Source of the DNA: Candidatus Multivoradales bacterium
Lineage (GTDB): Bacteria; Acidobacteriota; Thermoanaerobaculia; Multivoradales; Multivoraceae
Direction of reading: 5' to 3'
NCBI GenBank assembly: GCA_965223325.1
Contig: CBDCWI010000002.1
Location: forward strand, 832,001 to 896,000
Length of the DNA: 64,000 nucleotides
Under the pieces are notes generated by a model. That model saw only the letters and a list, made by a program, of their open reading frames with translations, was not told where the DNA came from and ran no database searches. This document shows, piece by piece, positions 27,953 to 38,623 of this stretch. A program made the translations under genes and the position numbers. Position 1 is the stretch's first letter. The number at the start of each line of letters is the position of its first letter.

Positions 27953-30781
27953 TCAAGCCGGCTCGCCCTCCCCTTCGGCTTCGACCCAGGCTGCCCAGGC
28001 TCCCGGAAACACTTTCTCAGCCACCGAACCTTCGACCGGTTCGAGCCGCACCGCACACACCTTGTACTCGCCGGTTCCGGTCACCGCGTCGCCGGCGTCG
28101 GTCGTCAGGGCATTGGTGCGCGCCTCCGGAAAGTGGAACGGCATCCACAGTGTGCGGCGCCGCACCTGGCGGCTCATCATCGCGCGACACCGCACCCGAC
28201 CGCGCCGGCTCACCACATCGACCATCTGACCGTCACGAACCCCGAGACGATCCGCGTCGCGCGGGTGGATCTCGACGAAGGCCTCGGGTTGTTTGAACGT
28301 TAGACCCTCACTACGCCGCGTCTGAGTGGCGGCGTTGTAGTGGTAGAGCGTCCGCCCAGTCGACAGAACGAGCGGGAACTCCGGATCCGGCTGCTCGAAT
28401 GGCGGCCGGAACTCGACCGGCTGGAACAAGCCTTTGCCGCGAATGACCCCATCGCGATGCAGAAACTCGGTGCTCGGCTCCGAAGGACCCGTCACCGGCC
28501 ACTGCAGACCACCTTCGCGCTCGATGCGCTGGTGCGATATACCCGCGAACCTGGGCGTCAAGCGGGCGATCTCATCGTAGATCTCAGAAGGACTGCCGTA
28601 GGCGGGTTGTTCGTAGCCGGCCTTCTCCATCAGGGCCAGCAGGATCTGCCAGTCCGGCCGCGCCTCGCCCGGCGCCGGAACCGCAGGACGGACTCTCTGC
28701 ACCCGGCGGTCGGAGTTGGTGAATACGCCCTCCTTCTCGGCGAAACAGGCGGCCGGCAAAACGACGTCCGCGTAGCGGCAGCTCTCGTTGAAGAAGATGT
28801 CCTGGACAACGAGAAAGTCAATGTGGTTGAGCGCCTCTTCGACCCGCGTAACGTTGGGTTCCGAGATCACGATGTCCTCGCCCATCAGGAACATGCCGCG
28901 CAGCTCGCCGGCAACCATCGCCTTCATCATCTGGTTCAGGTTGAGACCCGTGGTCTCACTCTGCGGTGCGCCCCAAGCCTCGGCGAACTTGGCGCGCACG
29001 GCGGGATCGTCGGCCGCTTGGTAACCAGGATAGAAGACCGGTGTGGCGCCCGCGTCGTTGGCCCCCTGCACATTGTTCTGCCCGCGCAATGGGTTCATGC
29101 CCGCCGAACGCTTGCCGAGATGGCCAGTCATCAGCACCAGGTTGGATAGCGCGTAGACGTTGTCGGTACCGGTAGTGTGTTCGGTGATGCCAAGGGTGTA
29201 GTAGATGCCGGCTTTGGGCGTCGTGGCGTAGGCCCGCGCCACTTCGCGGATGTGCTCGCTTGGCACCCCGGTGACCTTCTCGGCTTCTTCGGGTGAGTAC
29301 TTCGAAACCATGTCTGCCGTGGCAGCGAAGTTCTCGGTGTTCGCCTCGATCCAGGCGCGGTCTTCGAGCCCCTCGTCGAGGATGGTGTGCGCCATGGCGT
29401 TGAGCAGCCAGACATCGGTGCCGGGCTCGAGCTGTAGGTGCCAGTCTGCGATCTCGGTCAGCCAGATCGCCCGCGGGTCAGCAACCGCCAGGCGTGCCCC
29501 GCGCCGCACCGCACGCTTCATCTCCATGGCGATCACCGGATGGGCCTCTGTAGTGTTCGAACCGATGACGAACAGAAAATCCGCGTCGCGAATCTCGGGG
29601 ATCGAGTTGGTCATTGCGCCGGCTCCGAACGTGGTCACCAGACCGGCGACCGTTGGAGCGTGTCACGTCGCAGCGCATTGATGGACGTTGTGGGTGCTAA
29701 ACACCGCCCGCGCCATCTTCTGCACCAGGTAGTTCTCTTCGACCGTGCAACGACTCGAACTGATGAAGGCGAGCGCGTCACTTCCATGCTCAGCTTCGAC
29801 CGCCCGCAAACCGCTGGCAGCGCGCTCGAGGGCCTCGTCCCAGGTTTCCGGCACCAGTTGACCGCTGGCATCGCGAACCAGCGGAGTGGTCAAACGATCG
29901 GGATGGTGAATGAAGTCGTTGGCAAAGCGCCCCTTGACACACAGGTTGCCGTCGTTGACGGTCGTGCCGGGTTCCGGCGCCGTGACGTAGGCGACGCGCT
30001 CGCGTTCCCGATCGACATGAAGGTCGAGTTGGCAGCCAACGCCACAGAAGTTGCAGGTCGTGCGCACAACGTCGAGCTCTCGGTGCGCCTTGCCGGTCGC
30101 TTCGTGGTAGCGCATCGCCGTTTTATCGACCATTGCACCGGTGGGACACACCGCAATGCACCCGCCGCACATCTCGCAGGTGGTCTCTTCGAGGGACAGG
30201 CGGTCGGCCGTCGAGACTGTCGTCATCGCGCCGCGTCCGGCCATCGTGATGGCCGAGACCCCTTCGATCTCATCGCAGTAGCGAGTACACAGTGAACAGC
30301 CGATGCAGCGCTCGGCGCGGAACCCGACGTAGGGGTTCTCATCATGCGGGCGATCCTGGCGCGGCGTCACCACCTCGGGCCATCGCGTTGTGTTCTCGTC
30401 CGCAGTGCCGTAGCGCAGGTTGTGGGCCATGAGCCGCGACGGGGCGACGTCCTCGGCGACCGCGCGATCGCCCTGGATCTTCTGGCCGCCGCTATCGGCC
30501 GTGTGAAGCGCCAGGATGAACCTCCGGTTGCGCTCTGTGCGTTCGGTTTGTGTTCGTACCTGCATGCCGTCGGTGGCCAAAAGAGCACAGGCCGGTTGCA
30601 TCAGGCGGCTGCCCTCGACTTCGACCAGGCACAGGCGGCACGCACCGGCAGGATCGAGACGCTCGTCCCAGCAGAGGGTGGGGATCTCGCGACCGACTCG
30701 CCGCGCGACTTCGAGGACCGTTTCGCCAGGAGAGAACCCGACGTCCTGGCCGTCGAGCTGGAGCTTTGGTTGCTGACTCAT
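27953..30781 (-). CDS. fdhF: Selenocysteine-containing Mo/W formate dehydrogenase alpha subunit (942 aa; FdhF/FdsA-like with N-terminal Fe-S domains)
   Basis: The two track ORFs are in the same frame and joined by TGA 29665-29663 at the metal-ligand position (HQCAAT-U-HAPTVAGL). Also CNFCGVGC, PLRGQNNVQG, FTNSDRRVQ, GEYKVCAV. Confidence 0.92.
29633..29651 (-). promoter_or_regulatory. Bacterial SECIS hairpin
   Basis: GGUCGCC-GGUCU-GGUGACC begins 11 nt after the UGA, with spacing and loop like the E. coli fdhF SECIS. Confidence 0.85.
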
Positions 30782-30801
30782 GCTGGGGTTCCTCCGAGAA
30801 C

Positions 30802-32319
30802 CTACGGGCGCGGTTGGAAGTCTTCTCCGAAGTAGTGCATGGCGCTCTCGAGCGGTAGCGGAGCAGCCTGGCCGAGGCCACAGATGCTGGCTTCTTTCAT
30901 TCCCCAGGCGACCTCTTCGAGGTGCGCCAGGGCCTCTGGATCACGCGTTTCGACAAAACGATCAAGCGCCTGGCGCACCATCTGCGTGCCGATCCGGCAA
31001 GGCGCACACTGGCCACACGACTCGTCTTCGAAGAAGCCCGCCTGGATGCGGGCCGCTTCGGCCATGTCAACTGTCTCGTTGAGCAGCACGATCCCGGCGG
31101 AGCCGAGCATGCTCCCGGCTTCTTGCAGCGAACGGAAATCGAGGGGTACATCGATGCGATCGGCGGGCAAAAAGCCACTCGAGGCACCGCCGGGAGAAAA
31201 CGCCTTGAGCGTGCCAACGACGCCGCCGGCGCCTTCGAGCAGCTCGCTCAAGGTGGTGCCCATCGGCGCCTCGTAGACCCCGGGCCGCTCGACGTGACCC
31301 GACAAGCAGTAGAGCTTCGAGCCCGCTTCGGTTGCGCCGGTGCTTTTAAACCACGCCCCGCCCTTCCGCACGATCGCCGGTAGGCAGGCGATCGTCTCGA
31401 CGTTCTGGATCAACGTAGGCTTCTGGCGAAAACCCTTCTCGCCCGGATAGGGCGGCTTCATCCGCGGCAGGCCGCGCTTGCCCTCGAGCGCTTCGAGAAG
31501 GGCGGTCTCTTCGCCGCAAATGTAGGCTCCGTGGCCGTCGACGAAGTGCCAACGGAGCTCCTCTTCGACCCAACCGCGGGTGCGTGCCAGAGACACCGCG
31601 CGTTCGAGCGCCGCCTTGACCATCCCGAACTCTCCGCGCACGTAGCAGTAGATGTCACCGGCACCGAGAGTGTGAGCCGCAATCGCCAGGCCCTCGACCA
31701 CCAGGTGAGGACGCCGCAGAATGACCTCGCGATCTTTGAAGGTTCCAGGTTCTCCTTCGTCGGCGTTCAGGACGACGTAGCGCTCGCGCTCTGTCTGGCG
31801 GGCGATCGCCCGCCACTTGATGTGTGCAGGAAAGCCCGCGCCGCCACGACCGGTGAGCTCGGAAGTCTCGAGTTCATCGAGGAGCCACTCCGGCGGTTTC
31901 TGGCGCACCTTCTCGAGCGCCGCGTAGTCATCGAACTCGGCTGCGAGGAGATCGATCGCGTGGGAGGAGCTAGACGGTGAGAAAGCAGTCGCCGGAAGGG
32001 TCTCCGGGGAGGCTGCGTCCCACACCGCCGGCGCGAAGTCGCAGCGCCCGAGACACGACGCGGGCAGAGCAGTGGCACCGGAAGCCGTGAGTTTCGCGAG
32101 GTGGTCCTGGCTGCCGGCCAGGCGGCATGACAGGCCCTGGCAAACCCGGGCACCGGCATCGGGCTCGGCGAGGAGATGGTAGAAGGTCGCCACGCCGTAG
32201 ATATCTGCCGCTGGTACACCCGTCTCGTGATGCACCCGGTCAACCGTTCCGGGACGAAGGCCCCCATGAGCCTCGAGGCAGAGGGGGACCGTTTCTCTCT
32301 GTGCCTTCTTCGATTCCAT
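30802..32319 (-). CDS. NuoE-NuoF-like fusion (NAD-linked diaphorase subunit of formate dehydrogenase)
   Basis: GVATFY..CQGLSC..CLGRC (2Fe-2S); GRGGAGFP, NADEGEPG.FKDR, YICGEETAL, SCGQCAPCRIG..SICGLG. Confidence 0.9.
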   Translation of the reverse strand: MESKKAQRETVPLCLEAHGGLRPGTVDRVHHETGVPAADIYGVATFYHLLAEPDAGARVCQGLSCRLAGSQDHLAKLTASGATALPASCLGRCDFAPAVWDAASPETLPATAFSPSSSSHAIDLLAAEFDDYAALEKVRQKPPEWLLDELETSELTGRGGAGFPAHIKWRAIARQTERERYVVLNADEGEPGTFKDREVILRRPHLVVEGLAIAAHTLGAGDIYCYVRGEFGMVKAALERAVSLARTRGWVEEELRWHFVDGHGAYICGEETALLEALEGKRGLPRMKPPYPGEKGFRQKPTLIQNVETIACLPAIVRKGGAWFKSTGATEAGSKLYCLSGHVERPGVYEAPMGTTLSELLEGAGGVVGTLKAFSPGGASSGFLPADRIDVPLDFRSLQEAGSMLGSAGIVLLNETVDMAEAARIQAGFFEDESCGQCAPCRIGTQMVRQALDRFVETRDPEALAHLEEVAWGMKEASICGLGQAAPLPLESAMHYFGEDFQPRP

Positions 32320-32608
32320 TGCGTCTTCGGTCCTAGGAGGTCGAGCCTACTGCACAGACCCCGGAGAAGGGCCTTGGATGACGAACCGTAGCCTCTGCCC
32401 ACCGAACCGATAACCTTTGCTGTCGCCGCAGTCTCGGCTCTGGCTCAGCACCCCTTTCATCAGCATCGAGTCTCCTTCGCCAGCCTCTTAGAATCCTCAT
32501 GACAGTCGTCCATGCGTCACCGGGCCGCGCACGGCCTTTTGCAACCCGCCTCGCGATCGCCCATTCTTCGATCACACTCTTTCTTCGATCACTCTTTCGA
32601 CGTGCCTC

Positions 32609-35593
32609 TTGCTGGCTTCTGCAGCTCCGGCACAAGAAGACCCGACGCAGCTTGCGGAGGCAGCCAGCTTCGCCACCCTGCTCGAGACTCTGCGCTCTGA
32701 GCCATTGCGGGTCGAGCAAGCCGTTTCCGCCGACGATCTCCGACTGGCAGCCGGCTCGGCGGTCTTCGAGGTCGACCATGGGGTGCTCTTCCCCGCTCCA
32801 GCAATCGCGGAGCGTCCAACCGAGTTCGTCTTTCTCGGCAAGGCGACCCTGGTCGTCGAACCGCCAGACGCCATCGAGGCTCACCAACTCGCAGTCTTCA
32901 CCGGTTCCCGACGGCTCGAACGAAGAATCGAAAGCGCGGTTCTGGCGATCACACTCGACCAGGCCGTCGACGCGATCCTCAGACGCCCGACTGCCGCACC
33001 GAGCCCGCGCCAGCAGGAAACCGCGCGGCGCTGGCTGGCCCAGTGGCGCGACTCCACCGAACGCCGCACCCTCCAGGTCGATACGGCACTGATCGCCGAC
33101 CAACTCGGCGACGCCACCATCGAGGGCTTCTTCGCCGGCTGGTTCGAAGACGACGCCGACCGCTTCCTCTACCGAGTGGATCCTCGTGATCACGAGCAGG
33201 TCCAGCTCGGGCGCTTCGTGCCTCTAGAGCTCACCGAGCGTGAAGAGCGGCAGATCAGCCGCATGATCCGCCGCGGCCAGCGTCGCGGTCGCTGGATGGA
33301 CGCTGAGGTCGACCGCCTCGGTGAGTTCGACGTCTGGATGGCGCACTCCCTACGGCGCAACGAACAGCCCGTTCCGGGCGCCGCCGCCTTCGAAGCCAGG
33401 CACTACCGTTTCGAGGTCACCATCGAGAGCAAGACCGAGCTCAGTGCGAGCGGCGCGATCGAGATCGAGGCCCTCCCCAACGCCGGGCGCTTTGTCACCA
33501 TCCATCTCGACTCCGACCTGCGCATTCAGTCGCTGCGCCACCGTGGCCGAGACATCGCCTTTTACCAGGAACTCGCCACCACGACGGCCATTCTTCCGGC
33601 GCCGCCGGCAGCCGGCGAACGACTGGTGCTGGAGGTCGAGTGGGCGGGCAAGGCCTTCGAGAAGTCCGAGGCCGGCGGCGATCGCTCGTACCTTCTCAGT
33701 TCGACGATCGCCTGGCATCCACATGTCGGCAGACGAGACCTGGCGACCTACGACGTCACCTACATCTACCCGCGACGCTGGCAGCTGGTGGCCGCTGGAA
33801 CTCTCGTCGATCACGGCAGCCGCGGCCGGGCTGACTTCCAGCAACGCCGTATCGATCGCCCGACGCACGGGGTCAGCTTCCAGTTCGACCGCTTCTTGAC
33901 CTTCGAACGGCGCGTCGGGCACATCGACGTCACCCTGGCCATCGACTCTTTCAGCCGGGGCATTCTCCAAGGGGAGACCTTGCTCGACTGGATCGAGGGC
34001 GCGATCGTCTTTCTCGAGGCGACCTGGGGCGAACTTGCGACCGACCACCTCGAGATCGTCACCGCGCCGCAGTTCTTCTCGCAGGCTCTCGACAGCTACG
34101 TGACCCTATCGACGTTCATGATCATGGACGACCGCAGCTTGGCGCTCGAAGGCTTCGAGGACCCGCAGTCGGTCGTAGCCCATGAGCTCGCTCACCTGTG
34201 GTGGGGCCACTCGATCGCCTGGGACGGCTATCGCGACCAGTGGTTGAGCGAAGCGCTGGCCGAGTATTCGGCCAATCTCTATCTGCGTCGCGAGCATCCC
34301 GAGCGCCTAGGCATCTGGAGCCGACCCGGCGACCACTGGGTCGCGGCATCCCGCGACACTATCGACAACGGCATGCGGGTCGAAGAGCTCGGCCCAGTGG
34401 TGATTGGAAACCGTCTCGGCGGAAGCTTCTCAGAAGACGCATACCAGACGATCGTCTACACCCGCGGAGCCCTGGTCATGGACCACCTGTCGCGCCTGAT
34501 CGGCGAGGACGGTTTCACCCGGACCCTCCGCTTCATCAGCACAGAGTCAGGCCTCCTGGAACTGTCGACTGCCGCCTTCATCGACATCCTCGAGCGTGCC
34601 ACTGGGCTCGATCTGGCCGCTTTCGCCGAGTCGATGGTCTACGGAACGCACACTCCCCGGGTCGATTACCGTTGGCGGAAGGAACAGCGCGACGACGGTT
34701 GGCACCTGGTTGGCGAGCACTGGCTCACCGAAAGCCTGCGGCAGAAAGTCGCCGTCGTTCCGCTGCCCGGCAGGCAAGGGGTGTTTGATGTCCGGTCTGT
34801 GCTGGTTGCTGATTCGGCGCCGCCCGACGGTCTCGAAATCGCTCTGCCGATGGAAATCGGTGTGTTCAATCCCCAGCTGACGGGCGGCAAAAAGAGAAAA
34901 CGCCTTGCCCGTCGCGATAGGCAGAGTGACGGGCCCGCGTTAGCCAACCACTTGCACCGCGGCGTGATGAGGGTCAAGAAAGAACCCACCACTTTCGACA
35001 TCAGGCTTTCGAATGAGCCGCTGTCTTTTGAGCTCAACCCTCGTGACGCCGGCCTGGCACACACCTACGATCTCAACGACCAGAGCCGTAGGGGACACCT
35101 CTGGGCCTACCGAAGGGCCGAGGCGGCCGGCGATCATGAAGCGGCGCGAGAACGCCTTCGCGCCCTGGCAACCACCGGGGTCGAGAACCGCGAACACCTG
35201 CAGGACTTCTTCGTCGTCCACGCTGCTCTTCTCGAGGCTCAGTTCGACATGAATCTCGGTCACCTCGACGCGGCAGCTCAAAAGATCGCCGCGGCGGAGC
35301 GCGGTTACAAGAAGCTCGAGCGCAACGAGCGCGATGCCTTCGCAGAACGCATGCTGGTGGCCCGGGCACGCTTGAGGTTGCTCGAGGGCAAGTGGAAGCA
35401 GACCCTAGAACTGCTGCGCGAGTTCGTCGTCGATGACGAGCTCTGGGAATCGCCGATGGCGCCACTCCTCCTGGCGGAGGCGGCGCGGCGCTCCGGAGAC
35501 TCTTCGGTTTTTCGTCAGGCCATTGGGCAAGTCGAGGATCGCCATGGCGACACCCTCGATCTGTGGCGCCTCGTGAGCGAAGAGGCTCCCTGA
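32609..35593 (+). CDS. M1-family (gluzincin) aminopeptidase-like protein with C-terminal TPR-like helices; 5' end possibly frameshifted
   Basis: AHELAHLWWG..WLSEALAEY and YTRGALVM motifs. Confidence 0.8.
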   Translation: MLASAAPAQEDPTQLAEAASFATLLETLRSEPLRVEQAVSADDLRLAAGSAVFEVDHGVLFPAPAIAERPTEFVFLGKATLVVEPPDAIEAHQLAVFTGSRRLERRIESAVLAITLDQAVDAILRRPTAAPSPRQQETARRWLAQWRDSTERRTLQVDTALIADQLGDATIEGFFAGWFEDDADRFLYRVDPRDHEQVQLGRFVPLELTEREERQISRMIRRGQRRGRWMDAEVDRLGEFDVWMAHSLRRNEQPVPGAAAFEARHYRFEVTIESKTELSASGAIEIEALPNAGRFVTIHLDSDLRIQSLRHRGRDIAFYQELATTTAILPAPPAAGERLVLEVEWAGKAFEKSEAGGDRSYLLSSTIAWHPHVGRRDLATYDVTYIYPRRWQLVAAGTLVDHGSRGRADFQQRRIDRPTHGVSFQFDRFLTFERRVGHIDVTLAIDSFSRGILQGETLLDWIEGAIVFLEATWGELATDHLEIVTAPQFFSQALDSYVTLSTFMIMDDRSLALEGFEDPQSVVAHELAHLWWGHSIAWDGYRDQWLSEALAEYSANLYLRREHPERLGIWSRPGDHWVAASRDTIDNGMRVEELGPVVIGNRLGGSFSEDAYQTIVYTRGALVMDHLSRLIGEDGFTRTLRFISTESGLLELSTAAFIDILERATGLDLAAFAESMVYGTHTPRVDYRWRKEQRDDGWHLVGEHWLTESLRQKVAVVPLPGRQGVFDVRSVLVADSAPPDGLEIALPMEIGVFNPQLTGGKKRKRLARRDRQSDGPALANHLHRGVMRVKKEPTTFDIRLSNEPLSFELNPRDAGLAHTYDLNDQSRRGHLWAYRRAEAAGDHEAARERLRALATTGVENREHLQDFFVVHAALLEAQFDMNLGHLDAAAQKIAAAERGYKKLERNERDAFAERMLVARARLRLLEGKWKQTLELLREFVVDDELWESPMAPLLLAEAARRSGDSSVFRQAIGQVEDRHGDTLDLWRLVSEEAP

Positions 35594-35691
35594 ACCGGCT
35601 ACCGGCCAGAACCTTTCCCCCCCACGCCAAAGAGCCGTCGCCCGGCCTCAGTGAAGCTGGAACGACGGCTCGCATGGCGGAGCAGGAACCG

Positions 35692-37221
35692 CTAGACGTG
35701 CGGACCGCCGGTCGAACGACCGGTCGCCGCTACTTCGATGCGCTCGAGGTAGCGCTTGGCGATGTCGCGACCACCGATCCCGAAGGAGATCGCACCGGCC
35801 ACCGCCACCGCGCCCAGGGTCAGCCCGAACGCGAGGTTGATGATGTCTTCCGCGACGTCGATCTGACGAAGCGCCATGGCACCGGCGAGAATGATGATCG
35901 CCGCGCGCGCCACCGTCGACAGAAGGCTCGCCTGGGTGAGGCCACTGGCCTTGATGGTGCGAGCTGCCAGATCAGCCAGGTAGAGGCCGACTCCGAAGAC
36001 CACCACACCAAGTGCGACCTTGCCCAGAAAGACCGTCAACGACGCAACCAAGGCCGCCAGAGTGCCGAACTCGAGCAGCTCGAGCGCCTCGATGGTGGCA
36101 AACAAGAGCACCGCGATCATCACCAGAGTGCCGACCAGAGCCGACGGCGTGCGCGCCTCGGAGGAAGCGTTGGCACCGAAACCAACCCGCTCGAGCAGGC
36201 GGTCGAAACCAATCGCGGTGAGCAGCTGCGTGACCAGACCCGAGACCAGCTTGGCAACGACCCAGGCAAGCAGGAGCAGCACACCAGCCGCGAAGATGCG
36301 TGGGATGGCCTCGAACACGGTCTGCAGCATCTCGCTGGCCGGGCCACTGACAGCCTCGAGCTTCAGCGCGTTGAGGCCGGCGATCAAGACCGGGATCAGA
36401 ATCAACACGTAGACCGTAATGCCGACGATCGACGAAACGCTCTGGCTGCCGAGCGCCTTCTCCATCCCCACCCGCTGACCGAGCTGGTCAGCGCCCGAAG
36501 CCATCAGGAGGTTGGTGACAATGCGGCGCACGACGCGGGCGATGAACCAACCGATCGCAACGATGACCGCCGCAGCCATCAAGTGCGGCAGGAAGTCCAT
36601 GAGCTTGCCGACCAGATCGTTGACCGGCTCGAGCAAGCCGCGTAGCTCGAGGGTGCCGAGAATCGCCGGCAGGAAGAGCAGCCAGATCAGCCAGTAGGCA
36701 GTGTCGGACAGGGTGCGCGACAGCGGCTGCGGGCCACCACCCTCTTCGATCGCGTCGGAGTCGTCGTTGGTCGCGTCGCCGATGCGCTCGTCGAAGCGCG
36801 ATGCCTCGAGGGCGCCACGGACCGCGAACCGCACACCGGTCGCGACGGCCCAGGCGATCAGTGCGAGAAGACCAGCAGCGAGAATCTGTGGCAAGAAGCT
36901 GAAGATCTGATCGAGGAAACCGCGGAACGGCCCCGAGACAGCCGACAACTCGAGGACCTCGAAGAAGCCCACCAGGACGACCATCATCATCACCCAGAAG
37001 ACCACCCGGCCGAAGAGCCTCTCGGCGTCGGGCGCCCGGTCCTTGCCACCCAGGGCGGCGGCGAGCTTGTTGTCGAGCGTGGTGTGCGAAAGGGCCTTAC
37101 GCGCCAGAGCGGCAACCAGGAGGGCGACCAGCCAGCCACCGATCAGGACGGCGACCGCCATCAAGAGCTGCGGCGCCTGGGTCTCGAGCGTTGCCCGGAT
37201 CCCATCGATAAATTCGTTCAT
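35692..37221 (-). CDS. Conserved-TM-helix repeat protein (CmpX/MscS-like mechanosensitive channel family)
   Basis: Four repeats of the P.l.aA.lil.igW.vA module; C-terminal AISFGIGGRDIA. Confidence 0.8.
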   Translation of the reverse strand: MNEFIDGIRATLETQAPQLLMAVAVLIGGWLVALLVAALARKALSHTTLDNKLAAALGGKDRAPDAERLFGRVVFWVMMMVVLVGFFEVLELSAVSGPFRGFLDQIFSFLPQILAAGLLALIAWAVATGVRFAVRGALEASRFDERIGDATNDDSDAIEEGGGPQPLSRTLSDTAYWLIWLLFLPAILGTLELRGLLEPVNDLVGKLMDFLPHLMAAAVIVAIGWFIARVVRRIVTNLLMASGADQLGQRVGMEKALGSQSVSSIVGITVYVLILIPVLIAGLNALKLEAVSGPASEMLQTVFEAIPRIFAAGVLLLLAWVVAKLVSGLVTQLLTAIGFDRLLERVGFGANASSEARTPSALVGTLVMIAVLLFATIEALELLEFGTLAALVASLTVFLGKVALGVVVFGVGLYLADLAARTIKASGLTQASLLSTVARAAIIILAGAMALRQIDVAEDIINLAFGLTLGAVAVAGAISFGIGGRDIAKRYLERIEVAATGRSTGGPHV

Positions 37222-37667
37222 GAGAGCTTTCTCCTCACAGCCAAGCCGGTGCCCCTCCTCGGGCCTCGGACTTCGCTCGGATTCAGTGAAGTTTCAGACA
37301 GCCTCCATGCACCAGCACCGACAACGAGCAGAACTCCTGAGGTCGGGCGGCATGTGGCCAGGCGAAGAAACGGGTTTGTGACTATGGGGCTAATATAACT
37401 CTGACCAGCATCCGACCCGAAAGTCACACTTCCCGTCGAGAAACGTTCGAAGGGCAGGAAGAAGCTTCGAAGAGCAGGACAGTGTGTCCCTGTCGAAGAG
37501 GGGTCGGCCTTACGATCGACCCGAAATGGAGATCCGACCCTCGGCAATACAGATAGAGCGATACGCGGAGCCGACGGCCCACCGCACCCGGCTGGCTGAC
37601 CCGCCGTTCTCGACCCCGTCTGCCCGAACCTCATCGCTGGAGTCCGTACGACCATCAGGAAGAAGAC

Positions 37668-38072
37668 ATGACCGCCAGGAAAAAGCAGCAATCGAAGCCG
37701 AAGAGAACCTCCCGCCGTGCGGGCCGAGACCGCGGGTCGAGCCTCAAATCAGAACGCATCATTCTCGGAGCCCGGAGCTCCGGGCAAGACGACGGCCGGC
37801 TGACCCAGAAGGCCATCAGAGCGGGTCTTCGGGTCCTCGGCGGCTGGAAGCACAAGGTCAAAGCGAAGCAGATCGAGCGTCTCTATGTCTTTCCGAGCTT
37901 CGTCGCCGCAGTGCGCTTCGTCGCCTACGTCGCCGAGCTCGCCGAAGCCGCCGATCACCATCCCGATATCGACATTCGCTACAACAAGGTACGACTTGCC
38001 TTGTCGACTCATTCCGCTCGAGGCATCACGGCGAAAGACCTCGACCTCGCGCGTCAAATCGACAACCGGTGA
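37668..38072 (+). CDS. phhB: Pterin-4-alpha-carbinolamine dehydratase
   Basis: AEAADHHPDIDIRYNKV..LSTHS.RGIT.KD. Confidence 0.88.
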   Translation: MTARKKQQSKPKRTSRRAGRDRGSSLKSERIILGARSSGQDDGRLTQKAIRAGLRVLGGWKHKVKAKQIERLYVFPSFVAAVRFVAYVAELAEAADHHPDIDIRYNKVRLALSTHSARGITAKDLDLARQIDNR

Positions 38073-38107
38073 GCCCAGAAAACGCCCACCACTCACTTCG
38101 GAGATTG

Positions 38108-38563
38108 ATGATGACCCGGAATCCCTCGAGAAAGTTCCTGCTCACTGGTGCTCTACTCACAACAGCTCTTCTCACGGTCGCGCTGTTTGCCTCCTTGTCT
38201 TCGCCGCTCCTCGCCGAGGGTCCTGGCGCTTACGAGCTGCGGGTCTACCACGCGGCTCCCGGCAAGATCGATGCGCTCCACGCGCGCTTTAGAAACCACA
38301 CCATCGAACTGTTCGAAAAGCACGGCATGAAGGTCGTGGGCTTCTGGGTGCCTACCAACAAAGAGGGAACCGAAGGAGACGGCAGTGACCGCCTTCTCTA
38401 CATCCTCGGCTACGACGACCACGCCACGCGCGATACCGCCTGGAAGGCTTTCGTCAACGATCCGGAGTGGAAGAAGGTCTACGCCGAGTCGACGGCCGAC
38501 GGCCGCCTGGTCGAGAAGGTCGAATCGACCATGATGTCGCCGACCGACTACTGGTCACCCTGA
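38108..38563 (+). CDS. Secreted NIPSNAP-family protein
   Basis: Signal peptide; YELRVY..PGK..LHARFRNHT..LFEKHGM, WKAFVNDPEW. Confidence 0.85.
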   Translation: MMTRNPSRKFLLTGALLTTALLTVALFASLSSPLLAEGPGAYELRVYHAAPGKIDALHARFRNHTIELFEKHGMKVVGFWVPTNKEGTEGDGSDRLLYILGYDDHATRDTAWKAFVNDPEWKKVYAESTADGRLVEKVESTMMSPTDYWSP

Positions 38564-38623
38564 ACTGGAGCTCGGCTGAACCTTTCTGGATGGGGCCCCA
38601 CCACCAAGGACAGGCAACCGAGG

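Noticed and set aside
27953-30781. Formate dehydrogenase as a nonsense pseudogene or two genes
   Set aside because: The stop is UGA at the catalytic ligand position and has a SECIS.
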